Below are positions 30,334 through 43,904 of a stretch of 64,000 bases of DNA, piece by piece. This DNA is from the human T2T-CHM13v2.0 reference genome, Homo sapiens, in assembly GCF_009914755.1 (NCBI RefSeq), contig NC_060948.1; one strand, written 5' to 3'. Position 1 is the first letter of the stretch; each line of letters starts with the position of its first letter. The translations under genes and the position numbers were made by a program. The notes below the pieces were generated by a model, which saw nothing but the letters and a program-made list of their open reading frames with translations, searched no databases and had not been told where the DNA came from.

Positions 30334-30902
30334 TTCATCTGATGCATCCTTGTGTATCCATTTAAAAATAATTTGTACTTATCTAAAGAGTACCTAGATT
30401 CTCTCAAAGCACTATCTACAGAAAGGTTTCTCTATTTATGTTATAAACGTAATATAATAATTCACAAGGGAAAATATATGTTCAAGTTTGCAAAATTATG
30501 TGGTCAATTTTACAGTGTTTAGAAGCATTAGAAGTCATGAAAATATATGAATGGGTACTTGATTCATCATCTATATTAAAATGTCTATATTTAACTTTAA
30601 AATTATATTTTTTGGTAAACAAGTCTGTATTTGGTAATATTTTCTTCTTATTTAATTTAAATATACCATCTTTTGTTTTGTCTTCTAACCACTGGTTTGT
30701 GTTTGATGTTAACTACCCTTGCAATAGTTACAAACCTCCTAAATGACTAAGTGCCTAAAATCAGAACAAGAGAAACTCTGGAATTTGACAGACCTGCATT
30801 TGATAATTCTGTGTTAGTTACTGTGTGCGTTTGTGTAATCCTGGACAAGCCATTTAAGCTTTTAATATCCATTTAATACATTTAAATTGGATCAAGGTAT
30901 CT

Positions 30903-31190
30903 ATCATGGGCTATACGCTGTCAAAAATTCCTACGTTTAATTTCTAAATCCCAGTACCATTGTATGTGACTGTATTTGGATACACCATCCTTAAAGAGGT
31001 GATTAATGTAAAATTAAGTCATGTGGATGTGAGCCCTTATAAAGTAGACCGGTATCCTTATAAGAAAAAGAGATGAGGACACAGAGGCACGACCATATGA
31101 GAACACAGGGAGAAGACAGCATCTACAAGCCGAGGAGAGAGGCCTCAGAAGGAGTCAGCCCTGCCAATGCCTTGATCTTGCACTCCAATG
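30903..31190 (+). mobile_element. MLT1 (MaLR) LTR fragment
   Basis: gtgactgtatttgga...cacagggagaagacagcatctacaagccgaggagagaggcctcagaa. Confidence 0.78.
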
Positions 31191-31254
31191 CTTCTGTTTT
31201 GAAGACTAACCAGCAGCCATTAAACTCCACAAGTGTTGTTGTTGTTGTTGTTTC

Positions 31255-31380
31255 TCTTTTATTTATTTTTTATTTTTATTTTTTAAATTTCATTATTATT
31301 ATACTTTAAGTTTTAGGCTACTTGTGCACAACGTGCAGGTTTGTTACATATGTATACATGTCCCATGTTGGTGTGCTGCT
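31255..31380 (-). mobile_element. Severely 5'-truncated L1PA 3' end
   Basis: ttattatactttaagttttagg...gtgcacaacgtgcaggtttgttac. Confidence 0.82.
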
Positions 31381-31924
31381 TAATAGTAAGGTGAAGTTTA
31401 TGAAAGTGAAGTGTTACAAACACACATAGCAAACTTTTTAGGTTACTTTCATTTTATTCACTGACATTCTGAAAACTAGGATTACCGATGATTTAACTCA
31501 CAACATAATTATTTTCATAAAATTAAATGTGGCAGTTTTTGGAAAGTTATTATTTTTACTTTTATTCTTTCACAAATTATCAAGCCAGAAAAAAGTCCCT
31601 TTCTCTCTAGAGATGACATTAGAATTTTACATGCTTCTCACAAACACGTTCTGTAGACTATATATATGTAATGTGCATTTTTTAGTATTTTCCAAGAGAG
31701 TAGAAAGACAGAACAACAAATAAAACCCCTAAACAGAAAAATCAAAGCTCAAATACATGTGATTTCACCTCCTCTACATTAGTTATTTGATAGAAATGTT
31801 TTCCATTTTCAGTTTTCACCAACTTTTCATTATGGACATATTTGGGGAAAGTTTACAGCTGTCCTTGCACTATTGAGTTTATTTTCACCCTATAGTTTCT
31901 ATTTTTGATAAAATGGGAGTACAA

Positions 31925-32241
31925 TCAGTTCTATTTGCGCATCCCTTATCTATAAATGCTCCCAACTCCTGATGGATAATGTTAATATGGGAAAAAATTA
32001 AAAAGTTAAAACATAACAATATAACAATAAAAATCCAGAAAATACAGTGAAATGCCTATTTATATGGCATTTACATTGTATTAGGTACTGTAAGTAATCT
32101 AGAGATTATTTAAAGTATACAAGAGGATATGCATAGGTTATATGGAAAAAGGTATTTATCTAAGGGACTGGAGCATCTGAGGATTTTGCTATCCTCAGGA
32201 AGTCTTGGAGAAAATCACCTGCAGATACTGAGGGATGACTG
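31925..32241. mobile_element. MER2 (Tigger-derived MITE)
   Basis: gcatttacattgtattaggta...aatctagaga...gatactgagggatgactg. Confidence 0.78.
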
Positions 32242-32459
32242 TGCAAGTTTGAGGAAATATTTAATTGTCTCAGAGACATTTTTATGTCTGTTTCTAATCA
32301 GACTTCAACTGTTATATGTTCCCCACTGCAACATGTTTGTAATAATCTCTCCATTCCAATAGGTCTTCAACAGGTCTCCAATTCTCATTTATCTTGCAGA
32401 TTGTCATAAGACCCCACTGTTATTGCAAAATTCAGTTTCTTTTCTGTGTAAAGAATCTT

Positions 32460-32611
32460 TTTATTTTATTTATACTTATTATTTTTGTTATTAAGTTTTT
32501 GAGACACGGTTTTGCTCTATCACCCAAGCTGGAATTTAAGTGATTCTTCAGCCTCGCCCTCCGGAGTAGCTGTGACTGCAGTCACCTGCCACCATGCAGA
32601 GCTAATTGTCC
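32460..32611 (-). mobile_element. Truncated Alu right monomer
   Basis: 17-bp TSD tctgtgta(a/g)agaatctt at 32443-32459 and 32612-32628. Confidence 0.8.
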
Positions 32612-32739
32612 TCTGTGTAGAGAATCTTAAAAGGTAAAGTTTCACAGGACATGAAAATATAGGACAATAATAAAGTGTTTAAATTCCTGCATAAAACAGA
32701 TTTGAAGTTTCAAGTGCACAGGAAAAGCGTTATGTTTGC

Positions 32740-32905
32740 AAACTGAAAGTATTTAATTAAAAAGAATTGTAATACTTCCCATTGCAAAGTGTTATTCTTT
32801 AGTTTTTTTAAATGAAATTCTGAAAACTGAAAGTATTTAATTAAAAAGAATTGTAATACTTCCCATTGCAAAGTGTTATTCTTTAGTTTTTTTAAATGAA
32901 ATTCT
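32740..32905. repeat. Perfect tandem duplication, 2 x 82 bp with a 2-bp spacer
   Basis: 32740-32821 is identical to 32824-32905; the repeated peptide in ORF 32710-32931 reflects it. Confidence 0.95.
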
Positions 32906-35900
32906 ACAGAGATAATGCACACAAAACACATCAGAATTTTGGATAATATATATTTAAGTTTAGTGATTGTTTTTAATTGTTCTTAACACAAAACCCAATT
33001 CATTTTATTATACTTTCTAAAATATTCTAAATGTCTTTTCTCTTACATCTGGTTTGGTTAACATCTTCTTCCTGGCTCCACAGAAGAAAATCTTCCTTTT
33101 CTTTTATAATCCAATATTATAGGTCTTCATCCTTCATGTTCTACAAAAACAATTGAACTGACATCTGTGGTTTGCCTCACCTGGGTTAAATCTACCTCAA
33201 CTCTTGCTCTTAATTTTGTCCTGGTCTCCCAAAATTACAATCAGTCTTCTTACTTAATCCACAAAACATTTATCTACCATGTTGTGCAAAAAAATTCTTT
33301 GTTCTTTTACTGATTTTTAATGCATATTACACATATTTGTGTATTTTCTGTTATTGTAGTTCTTTAACACTTATTTTCCAAAGGGCTTTATCTGTTAATG
33401 TCAAAACATTGCTGACATGGAGCAATTTATATTCTCTTCCTGAGACATCTGTGGATGGTTGATCTTGTTGCTGTTTTATTGAACCAGTTATATGTTTTTC
33501 TTTTTTTTCTGTGATCGTCTATACTCATGAACAGGCTGAGAAAAAGTAATGATAGGTTATTTTTTGTCTAGTAATGCCAAAAAAAAAAGGTTATTTAATT
33601 TTCTGAATTAAAATCAAGCTCATAATATTAGCAGGAAAGCTTGTTTTTCAAGTTTTGTCTGCATGTTGGTCAGTTGTGGCTAAGAAAAAGCAGCAAATAT
33701 TTGCCGCAAACATTTTCAGAACAGATTAAGAAATGACCCCTCCTTGAATCACTGAAGGAATGCAAGTATTTCACCTTTGAACAATACTTCACTCAGGAGG
33801 TAGCAGAGGACTGTGGTTTATTAGTTTATTTGAAATGTGCACGCCTTCACTGTTTTATCAAACTGTTGCATTTTATAGGAAAATAAAAGTTTGCCTGTGC
33901 ACTATAGGGGCCCAATGTTTTTGATTTGATGCTGTGCATGATTTTTTTTCTCTAGTATTAAAAGAACATCACACTGATTCTCATCCCAAAGATGTGAATA
34001 CTAGCTAGCTCTTTAATCTAATTTGATTTTTAATCTACTTCATTATAGTTTTAGTGTCTTGCATGCGTAAAAAATAGTTGCTAAAGAATCCTGAATTCAT
34101 ATATGGAAAGAGAAACTAGGGCTTTCTTAGATGGAAAGTATCTACCAGCTAATTTGATAATAATAATAATAATATAATTCCTCTATAAAGCTCTTTCCAA
34201 AACAGTCCTCTCTACATAAATGTCTTGGTAAGATTTACAAATCTATGAAGAAAAAAAGGTGACAAAATATAATGAATTTATTTTAAATTAAATAGTTTGG
34301 TTATCTGAATTTTAACATATCTTCATATAGAGCTGGGTCTCCAGGAAACATAATCTACTCTAGGTAAAGATTAACTCTAAATGGAAGATGCACCAAACAT
34401 GCTAATATATATAGTTTACCTTTTGTGCACACAAAACAAGGAAACAATAATGAGTCAAAATTTATGCTTTGATGAAAAGCACTAAATTCCTTGATCTGAA
34501 TCCTTTTGGTAAAGCTAAACTAGACAGTATTTAAATAATATGATTGACATTGACTACCAGCTATGCAATAATGGAGCAAGTTAAATAACCAAAGCATCCT
34601 GAAATAGTAACATCATTCATAGAATTGTTGTTACTTTGTGTCTTAAACACACTTAGGTAGTTTTTTCACATTTACTGGGCAGGACCACACAGAGTATGCA
34701 TTCAAGTTCTGTTACTTGAATTTAATTCAATTTGAATGCTTTGCTGTGTAAAATAAGGGAGACAATAAATAAAATTAAGTGGGGAGAGGGGAGAGAGAGA
34801 AATAAATGTACTCTAGTTAATTGAATGTCTCACACTGTGGCATGAATGAAACTTGCACGTTTATAACCAATTATTCCAAGTCTTCCTCAATTTTTCATAA
34901 CATATAACTGTTTTAATATAAGGTAGAAATAACATTTTGAAAAAGAGAATACTGTCTATAAGAAGGAATTATATCATAGTAATCATTTTCTGTACTGGTA
35001 AATAGTTCTTCTCTACCAATTCATGAAAACTTGTTTAAGTTACAGGTAAAAATTCAAACAAAATGAGTGTTTGCAGGCAGTAATGTGGTGCAGCTTCTCT
35101 CTTCTCTCTGGTCACATTGCAAATATAAATTCAATCTTGCTATTTTTCTTGTTGAATTACATAGTGGATAGAGTGGTCGATGCTCAATAAAATTGAGGCT
35201 TGGAAAGCTTCTGAAATTTCAACATGTTTTTCTTCGTGCCAGAAAGATGGAAAAAGTAACAAAAATATAAATCCCTTTCCTGTGTGCTTGTGCTAAATTG
35301 TCAGGAATTAGCACTCATTTTCCATTCTTAAAGCCCTCCATGAAGGCTATCCAACTCCTATTTCAGGGAGGAACAGTTAATAAAGGGGATGCTAAGAAAA
35401 AAATAAGCATCTTTTGGGGCTACAATGAACAATGGACCTGAAAAATGCTGGGTTTCTGGTTTCCCCCATCCTCTCAACTAACTTCCCTCTTTCTTCTCAC
35501 ATTCAAGTACTGACCTATGATAACAATACCTCTCACACTTCATCCAGTTTGGATTTCTCCATTTCCAATGCTGATTGCTATTTGCACATTTGCAGGGGTT
35601 TGTTTGAGCTGAAAAAGTAGTACTGCAGGTGAGTGTCTACTTTCCAGATGGAAAATCTGTCTACCAAAGGATCATTAAACTCTAAAGACATGGAGAGGTA
35701 TAGATAAATGAAAATGGAAAATTCTATGGTAAATTTAATGTCTTAGGCATTTTTAAAGTCATTTTAGTGGACAAGAAAACTATGGTGCATCTATATAATG
35801 GAAGCAAATCAGCAATAAAAAGCAAACAAACTATTAATACATGAGAAACCTTCAGCACATCTTAAGGGTATTATACTGTCAAGGTGTGGTGAGATTAAGT

Positions 35901-36132
35901 CCAATTTTAACTATCCTCACGGGTACCACTGAGGAAGGGCCCCTTATTCCTCTCATGACAGCTTTAAAAAGAAAGTTTGACCTTGTTACCTTCCTAACTT
36001 GGGAAAAAAAATCAATTACCAAGCCAAATGCCAGAAACATCATTGCAATGTAGTTGCCTATTATGTATGTAAAAATTCTATTGAGCAGAAACATGATTTG
36101 CTTCCAACGCTGAAAGGAGAAACATAATTTGT

Positions 36133-36437
36133 TCTCTCTTATGCACAGTTTTGCTTTCTGCAGTTTCTGTTACCAAAAGCACAGTACTATTAAATAATTC
36201 CAGAGAAATAGAGAAACCATACTTTCATGACTTTTACTATGGTATTTTAATTATTCTACTATATTATGTATTATTGTTGTTACTCTTTGAATGTGCCTAA
36301 TTAACACATTGAACTTCATCATAGGTACATATTCACAGATAAAACATAGTATATACAGGGTTTAGTCCTACCTGTGGTCTCAGGCATCTGCTGGGGTTCT
36401 TGGAACATACCCCTTATGGATAATCAGAGACTACTGT
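36133..36437. mobile_element. MER44-type Tigger derivative
   Basis: cttatgcacagttttgctttctgcagtttc...caggcatctgctggggttcttggaacataccc...gactactg. Confidence 0.75.
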
Positions 36438-36661
36438 AGCATGGGTATGCTAGCAACTCATCAATATTTGTCCCTGCAATGGTTGTTTGTTTTTTTTGTG
36501 AGTGAACAGTTATGTCACTAAATGAAATAATTCACCTTGTCTGTGTGAGTCATTTGAAAGATGTAGACATAGATACATATATAGGTAAATCTTATTTCTA
36601 ATTAACTCAGTTGGTTACAAATACTCACAGATATCAAATAGACATTCTAAAATTTTCTCCA

Positions 36662-37125
36662 AGCTGGGCACAGTTGCTCATGCTTATAATCCCAGAACTT
36701 TTGTAGGCCATGTTCAAAGGGTTGTTTAAGCCTGGCAGCTCAAGAACAGCCTGAGCAACATAGTGGGACTTCATCTCTACAAAAATAAAAATAAAAAAAA
36801 TTAATCAGGCATGGTGGCACATGCCTGTAGTCTCAGATATTTGGGGACCCTAGGTAAGATAATTTGATCCTGGGAGGCCCAGTTTGCAGTGAGCCATGAT
36901 CACTGCATCTGAAATTATTCTCACTACTTATACAGGATAAAACTCCTAGCTCTAATTTCTAATTTGCTTGCACACAGAACTACAGGCATGTAAAATTCTA
37001 GGACACAGGCAATGGTTGAGAAAAGAGCTAATATACCATTTTAACATTTTAATGCTTTCAGGCCATAAGCACTGCACTCCAGAGTGAGATGTTATCTCAA
37101 ATAAAATATAATTAAATAAAAATGA
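36662..37125 (+). mobile_element. AluJ-type SINE containing a ~169-bp non-Alu insert
   Basis: The Alu breaks at gatcactgca (36901) and resumes at cactgcactcc (37070). Confidence 0.85.
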
Positions 37126-37939
37126 AACAAATAATTAAATAAAATTTATTCACTGTGACAAACTAGTTTTTGGAGGCTATCTTTGGTACCATTCTACAGC
37201 TCTACCCAATGACAAGATTTGTTATTCATCTATAGCAATACATTTCTAGATGAAAATCCAAAAATGGAAGCTTTTCACCATGACATTTTTAACACCACCA
37301 AAATCTTACTTCTGCTCTATGCAGCCCATATAATACTAAAATGGCAAATAGTAATTTCCTCTTGGGATTTTTAACACCAGATGTTTTGTCATTTATTCAA
37401 ATAAAAATATGCAATCTATTGTAATGTTTGCAAACAATGAAACAACTTGCTTATGGCCTGAAAGCATTAAAATGTTAAAATAGTATATTAGTTATTTTCT
37501 CAAACATGGCCTAAATCCTAGAATTTTATATGCCTGTAGTTCTGTGTGCAAGCAAATTAGAACTTAGGGCTAGGAGTTTTATCCTGTACAATTAGTGAGT
37601 ATAATTTTAGATGGCAGCTCTCCTTGAAAACAGGATTCTATGTCCAGAAAATAGAATATGAATGTTTCTTGGTAAAATGCAAAATTAATCACATTCCATC
37701 ATTTATATGAATATCATGAGGCTATTTTCTTTTTCCTTCTGGGATGAGGCAAAAGCATACCTAATAAGTTCAAATCATTTTCTTCCAATATATGATTTGT
37801 TATAATGGCACATAGTTTCTCAAGTGTAAAGATATACTTTTAGAATCTTAATAATGCTAAAATCATCTGATATTTTGTTCTACTGCCACAATAAATGGAA
37901 AATATACTTTTCAAAATACAATTTTATTTGCTTGTTTTG

Positions 37940-37942
<3 letters not shown>

Positions 37943-37983
<41 letters not shown>
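37943..37983. repeat. (TA)n microsatellite
   Basis: About 20 perfect TA units. Confidence 0.97.
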
Positions 37984-37987
<4 letters not shown>

Positions 37988-37989
37988 TT

Positions 37990-38375
37990 ATATGAGTTCG
38001 CCAGAGCTACCACAACAAAATGCCACACACTGGGCAGCTTAAACAGTAGAAATATATTTCTCACAGTCCTGGAGGCTGCTAAGTATAAGCTCAATGTGTC
38101 AGAGGATTGGTTCCTACTGAAGTCTCTCTCCTTGGCTTGTGGACACTATCTTCTCCTCATGTCCTCACATGTTTGTCCCTATGTGAGTCTCTGTGTCCTA
38201 CTCTCCTATTCTTATGAGGACACCAGTCTTACTGGATTGGGGTCCATTTTAATGACTTCATTCCAACATAATTATCTCAAAATGTCCTCTCTTCAAACAG
38301 AGTCACATTCTCAGGTAATCGCAGGTTAGAGAACTTAAGTTATAATTTTGGGGACATATAATTGAGCCCATGACA
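37990..38375 (-). mobile_element. MLT1 (MaLR) LTR
   Basis: aaaatgccacacactgggcagcttaaacag...tctcacagtcctggaggct...cttatgaggacaccagtc. Confidence 0.78.
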
Positions 38376-39036
38376 TTACTTCAGCAGAGAGATGTGTTGG
38401 TTGCCTCTTCTCACCTCAGTTCCCATCAGTAAATCACCTTGTTCCTCTACAGAAAAACTGAGCCACCCTAGGCTGATTGGAGCACTTCTAGGATGTATGC
38501 CTCTGGGATGGGAGACAGATACAAACTCCTTAGTGATTAGATCTCCTCCTGTGAGATGAATCAGTTCTTCAGTTGGAAAGAAGTAACAACAAATTAGATT
38601 GACAGTTAAGAATTATGGCATAGAATGGTATGTCTCAAATTCTAATTTGCATAGATATCCCCTGCAGATCTTATTACAAGGCATAACCTCATAAGGTAGC
38701 TCTGGGATGGTTCTGCATTTTTAACAAGCTCCCAGGTAAGGCTGATTAGGCTGGTCCAAGGTCTGTACCTGTCATAACACAAAAACACAGCTATGTATCG
38801 TGAGCATTGCGGTTTTTGGAGGTTTGAAGTCAGTCTGACCAGCAAACTCTCCGTACTTGCCCAAAGGTTCCGGTTTAATTTGTTTTGCAGTAGGTTGCAG
38901 AATTGCATCTATCAAGAGTAATGGGTTCAGCCCAAGAGCTGCTACTTCTGTGGAGCCTTTGCAAGTTACTCAACTTTTATTGCCTAACATTCATCATCTG
39001 TGATGTGGAGTGATTACTAAAAATGTTCACCTGCAG

Positions 39037-39320
39037 TCAGGCACAGTGGCTCACACATGTAATGTCAGCATTTGGGGAGGATTGCTTGAGGCCAGGAATT
39101 CAAGACTAGCCTGGTCAACAGAGTGCAACGCTGTCTGTACAACAATTTAAAAAAGTAGCCAGGTGTGGTGGCACATGCCTATAGTCTCAGTCCCAGCTAC
39201 TCAGGAGGCTGAGGTGAGAGGATTACTTGAGTGAAGGAGTTCTAAGCTGCAGTGAGCCATGATTGCACCAGTGCTCTCCTGCCTGAACAACAGAATGAGA
39301 CTCTATCTCATAAAAAAATA
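39037..39320 (+). mobile_element. AluJ-type SINE
   Basis: Alu dimer with ggattgcttgaggccagga. Confidence 0.85.
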
Positions 39321-39749
39321 CTCACCTCAAAGCTCTGATGCAAATTATTTACCACAATATTTGCAGTTTTTAAAAAATCCTGATATATACAGTCACTAAT
39401 AACTATTTGCTTAACTATTCCTGAAGAATTTTTATTTCTTGCTATTGTTTTCACATTTCTTTGAATGGCAAAATGATCTGAATAATATTTATAATAAAAT
39501 CTAAGTTGTGATTTAGAACCTTAAGTATGGTTATAAGAAATACTTTATATAATGCACCATAATAAGATCTACAGTAACTACATGATGACTTACACTGAAA
39601 TTGAAAACAAGAAATCATTTAAATATCTATTTTATCATTCTTTGCACAATTCTTTGCATGTTTTAGGTTTTCTATAACATGAGTAATTGAATGGAGCCTG
39701 TTCTTCAGTTTATAGTTTAAAACATATGACTTTTTGCAAATTACTAAGT

Positions 39750-40118
39750 GCCCTCCCCCTACAACTTACAGTGGACCAACTTACAATTTTATAGCTTTAC
39801 AGTGGTGAAAAATCTACACTCAGTAGAAATGACACTTCAAGTCATGTCCTCATGTAATAACATTGTTTTTCACTTTTGTTTCAAGATTCAATAAATTACA
39901 AGAGATATGCAACACTTTACTACAAAGCAAGCTTTGCATTTGATGATTTTGCCCAACAATAGGCAAATGTAAATGTTCCAAGAACATTTAAGGTAGGCAG
40001 GGGCAGAACTATGATGTTTGGTAGGTTAGATGTATTTAATGTATCCTCAGCTTACAATGTTTTCAGTATACAATATGTTTCTGGGGATGTAAACTCATCA
40101 TAATTCAAGAAGCATCTT
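39750..40118. mobile_element. MER47-type (Tigger5) DNA transposon fossil
   Basis: gatgattttgcccaac...taaggtaggc...tatgatgtttggtaggttagatgtatttaatg. Confidence 0.72.
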
Positions 40119-40571
40119 GCATACACTCTCAGAAACTTAAAATACATACTTGATACACACAAATAACTAATTAATAATAAGAAATAGGCCATTTTAGTAT
40201 AAGTAAAATAAGATGCTGTAATATTGAAAATTCTAGGCTACATATAGTGTCTGAAACATTACTTAAGTTACTTTGGTGATTGAGCAAACTTTGGTACACC
40301 CATACCAGGGGATCTACTTAGCAAGAAAAAAAAGGAATAAACTATTGATACATGCAACAACATGTCTGGATCTCCAAGGATGTGTAAAAAGCTGGTCTTC
40401 CAAAGATACATCTTCAGCAACTTCATTTAGGTAACATTTTTGAAATGACAGAAGTATAGAAATGAATAACAAATTGGTGGTTGCTGGAGCTTAAGGCAAA
40501 AGTTCGTGGTAGAAGGAAAGTGGGCATGGTTATAAAAGATCAACATAGGAGATGCTTTTGTGAATGGAATT

Positions 40572-40947
40572 TGACATGATTTGTGTCTGTGTCTCCATCC
40601 AAATCCAAAGTTGAATTGTAATTCCCAATGTTGGGGGAGGGACCTAGTGGGAGACGATTGGATCATGGAGATGGATATCCCCCTTGTTATTCTTGCGATA
40701 GTGAGTGAGTTGTCATGAGATCTTGTTGTTTAAAAGTGTGTGGCACTTCCTCTTATGCTCTGTTTCTCCTGCTGACGTGATTTTCTCATTTCGCCTTTGC
40801 CTTCCGCCTTGATTGTAAGTTTACTGAGGCCTCCCAGCCATGCTTGCTGTACAGACCGCAGAACTGTGAGTCAATTAAACATCTTTTCTTCATAAATTAC
40901 CCAGTCTCAGACAGTTCTTTATAGCAGTGTAAGAATGGAATAATACA
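40572..40947 (+). mobile_element. MST (MaLR) solo LTR inserted in an old L1M 3' end
   Basis: tg...ca termini, ataaattacccagtctcag motif, 5-bp TSD gaatt. Confidence 0.85.
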
Positions 40948-41613
40948 GAATTGTTCTGTATAGTGGCCATCTCAAGAATAATATCCTGGTGGTGAAATTA
41001 TACTTCAGTTATGCAAGACATTACACATTGGAGAAAACTGTTCAATAGAATCTCTATCATATTTTAAATATGATATCATAAATATCATATATTTAAATAT
41101 GATATCATATTTAAATATCATATTTTAAATAGCTGGAATCTCCAGCTATTTCAAAAGTCAAAAAAAGTTTAACTTAAAAACGTTTCAAAACTGCAATAAA
41201 TTGACCACAGGGAAAAATTTATTAACTAAAGTTAATGCAAAATAGAAAAAATATTTATTTTCTTTCAATGTTGCAAAACAATGTCTATTATGAGAAGGCA
41301 TTTTCTTGACTTTAAATGTTTACCAGCTAGAGCTTGGCTGGGTTCCTGTCTCTTAAATAATATGTTGCAGTTCACAAATGGAGACCAAATATTGTTATCT
41401 TCAGGTTACATCTAATCTGTTTTCCACCTATACCTTTTCTTATTATTTAGCTGATGAGATACTAAGCTGTAACTTGTTTCTCCTTTTCTAATTCAATTAT
41501 GTGTACACTTGCAAAGATTTGCTTTGGCATAAAGGAGAGAAATGTAGGTAAGAGTACACTTTCTAACTGTAAAATCAGTTTAAAAAGGATCTTTAAATTC
41601 TCAAGACAGGACA

Positions 41614-41632
41614 TTGAGAGATGAAACCCTGT

Positions 41633-41675
<43 letters not shown>

Positions 41676-41827
41676 TTAGCTGAGCATGGTGGCATGAACC
41701 TGTAGTCCCTGTTACTAGGGAGTCTGAGGCAGGAGGATCACGTGAGCCCGGGAAGTTGAGGCTGCAGTGAGCCATTATCAAGCCACTGCATTACAGCCTG
41801 GGCAGCAGAGGGAGACCCAGTCTCAAA
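41614..41827 (+). mobile_element. Partial AluJ with (CA)n replacing the middle A-linker
   Basis: (CA)~18 at 41637-41672 between gtctcta and aattagc. Confidence 0.85.
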
Positions 41828-43904
41828 GACAGAAGGAAGATATTTGATTTTGTCACTTGATAATCTTAAAATCATAGGTCAGAACAGAATGTCAGAAACG
41901 TTCTGCCTACTCAGAATAGTTGTCTTCTCTTTCCCATGGTCTCTCATTTTTAGCTGATACAAAATTGAATAAAATCATGACACCTCAACTCCTTCTAGAA
42001 ATATCATGGTTCAACTGAGGTACCCGGTCCATCTCACTGAGACTGGTTGGACAGTGGCTGTAGCCCATGGAGGGCAAGCAGAAGCAGGGTGGGGTGTCTC
42101 CTGACGTGGGAAGCACAACGGGTTAGGGAATTTCCCTTTCCTAGCCAAGGGAAGCTGTGAATGACCGTACCAGGAGGAAGACTACACTCTGGCCCAAATA
42201 TTGCACTTTTCCCACGGTCTTCTCAACCGGCAGACCAGGAGATGCCCTCCGATGCCTGGCTCAGTGGGTCCCACCTCTACGGAGCCCAGCAAACTACGAT
42301 CCACTAGCTAGAAATTCTCACTGCCAGGACAGCAGTCTGAGGTTGACCTGGGATGCTCGACCTAGTTGGGAGAAGGGGCGTCCTCCACTGGTGAGGGTTG
42401 AGTAGGTGACGTAAACAAATCCTCACAGGGTAAACAAAGCTACTGGGAAGTTCAAACTGGGTAGATCCCACCACAGCTTAGCAAGGCCAGCTGCCTCTCT
42501 AGATTCCACATCTCTGGGCAGGGCATCTCTGAAAAAAGTGCAGAAGCCCCAGTCAGGGACTTATGAATAAAACACCTACCTCCGTGGGACAGAGCACCTG
42601 GGGGAAGGAGTGGCTGAGTGCAGCTTCAGTAGATTAAACATCCCTATCTGCAATCTCTGAAGACAGCAGCATTTCTCCCAGCACAGTGTTGGAGCTCTGA
42701 TAAGGGACAGACTGCCTTCTTAAGTGGCTGGTGATCCCCATGTAGCCTGACTGGGAGACACCTCCAAGTACAGGCTGATAGACATCTCATACAGGAGAGG
42801 CCTGGCTGGCACCTGTCAGGTGCCCCTCTGGGACAAAGCTTGCAGAGGAAGAAAAAGGCAGCAATCTTTGCTGGTCTGCAGACTCCACTGGTCCAGTGAA
42901 CCTCCAGCAAACTCCAGAAGACCTGCAGTAGAGGGGCCTGACTGTTGGAAGAAAAAGTAAGAAACAGAAAGGAATAGTGCTAACGTCCACAAAAAATCAC
43001 GTCCACTTAGAGACCACATCTGAAGATCACCAACATCAAAGACCAAAGATAAATAAGTCTGCAAAGATGGGGAGAAACCAGTGCAAAAAGACTGAAAAGT
43101 CCCAAAACCAGAATGTTTCTTCTCCTCCAAGGGAACAGAACTCCTTTCCAGCATGGGAACAAAACTGGATGGAGAATGAATTGGACGACTGTCAGAAGTA
43201 GGCTTCAGAAAGTGAGTAACAAAAAACTCCTTCCAGATATAGAGGTTGTTTTAACCCATTGCAAGGAAGCTAAGAACCTTAAAAAAAGTTAGATGAATTG
43301 CTAACTAGAATAACCAGTTTAGAGAAGAACATAAATGATCTGATGGAGATGAAAAACAAAGCACAAGAACTTCAAGAAGCATACACAAGTATCAATAGCT
43401 GAATCAATCAAGCAGAAGAGATGACATCAGATATTGAAGATCAACTCAATGAAATAAAGCAAGAAGACAAAATTAGACAAAAAAGAATGAAATCAGATGA
43501 GCAAAACCTCCAAGAAATATGGCAATATGTGAAAAGACCAAACCTACATTTGATTGGTGTACCTGAAGGTGACGAGGAGAATGGAACTAAGTTGCAAAAC
43601 TCTCTTATAGATATTACCCAGGAAAGCTTCCCCAACCCAGCAAGGGAGGCCAACATCAAATTCAGAAAATGCAGAGAACAACAAAAATATATTCCTCAAG
43701 AAGAGCAACCTCAAGACACATAATTGTCAGATTCACCAATGTTGATGGAAATGAAGAAAAAAATTTTAAGGGCAGCCAGAGAGAAAGGTTGGGTTACCCA
43801 CAAAGGGAAGGACATCAGACTACAGTGGTTCTTATGGCAGAAACGCTACAAACCAGAAAAGAGTGGGCAGCCCGCATTCAACATTCTTATAGAAAATAAT
43901 TTTC

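Noticed and set aside
32740-32905. CRISPR-like direct repeats
   Set aside because: Only two long copies, no spacers, eukaryotic context.
35841-36115. Short ORFs in a higher-GC island within an old L1M tail
   Set aside because: No recognisable homology, splice structure or poly-A/TSD; origin cannot be assigned without a search.
37895-38329. 144-aa ORF with an IY repeat
   Set aside because: Read-through of the (TA)n microsatellite and the antisense MLT1 LTR.
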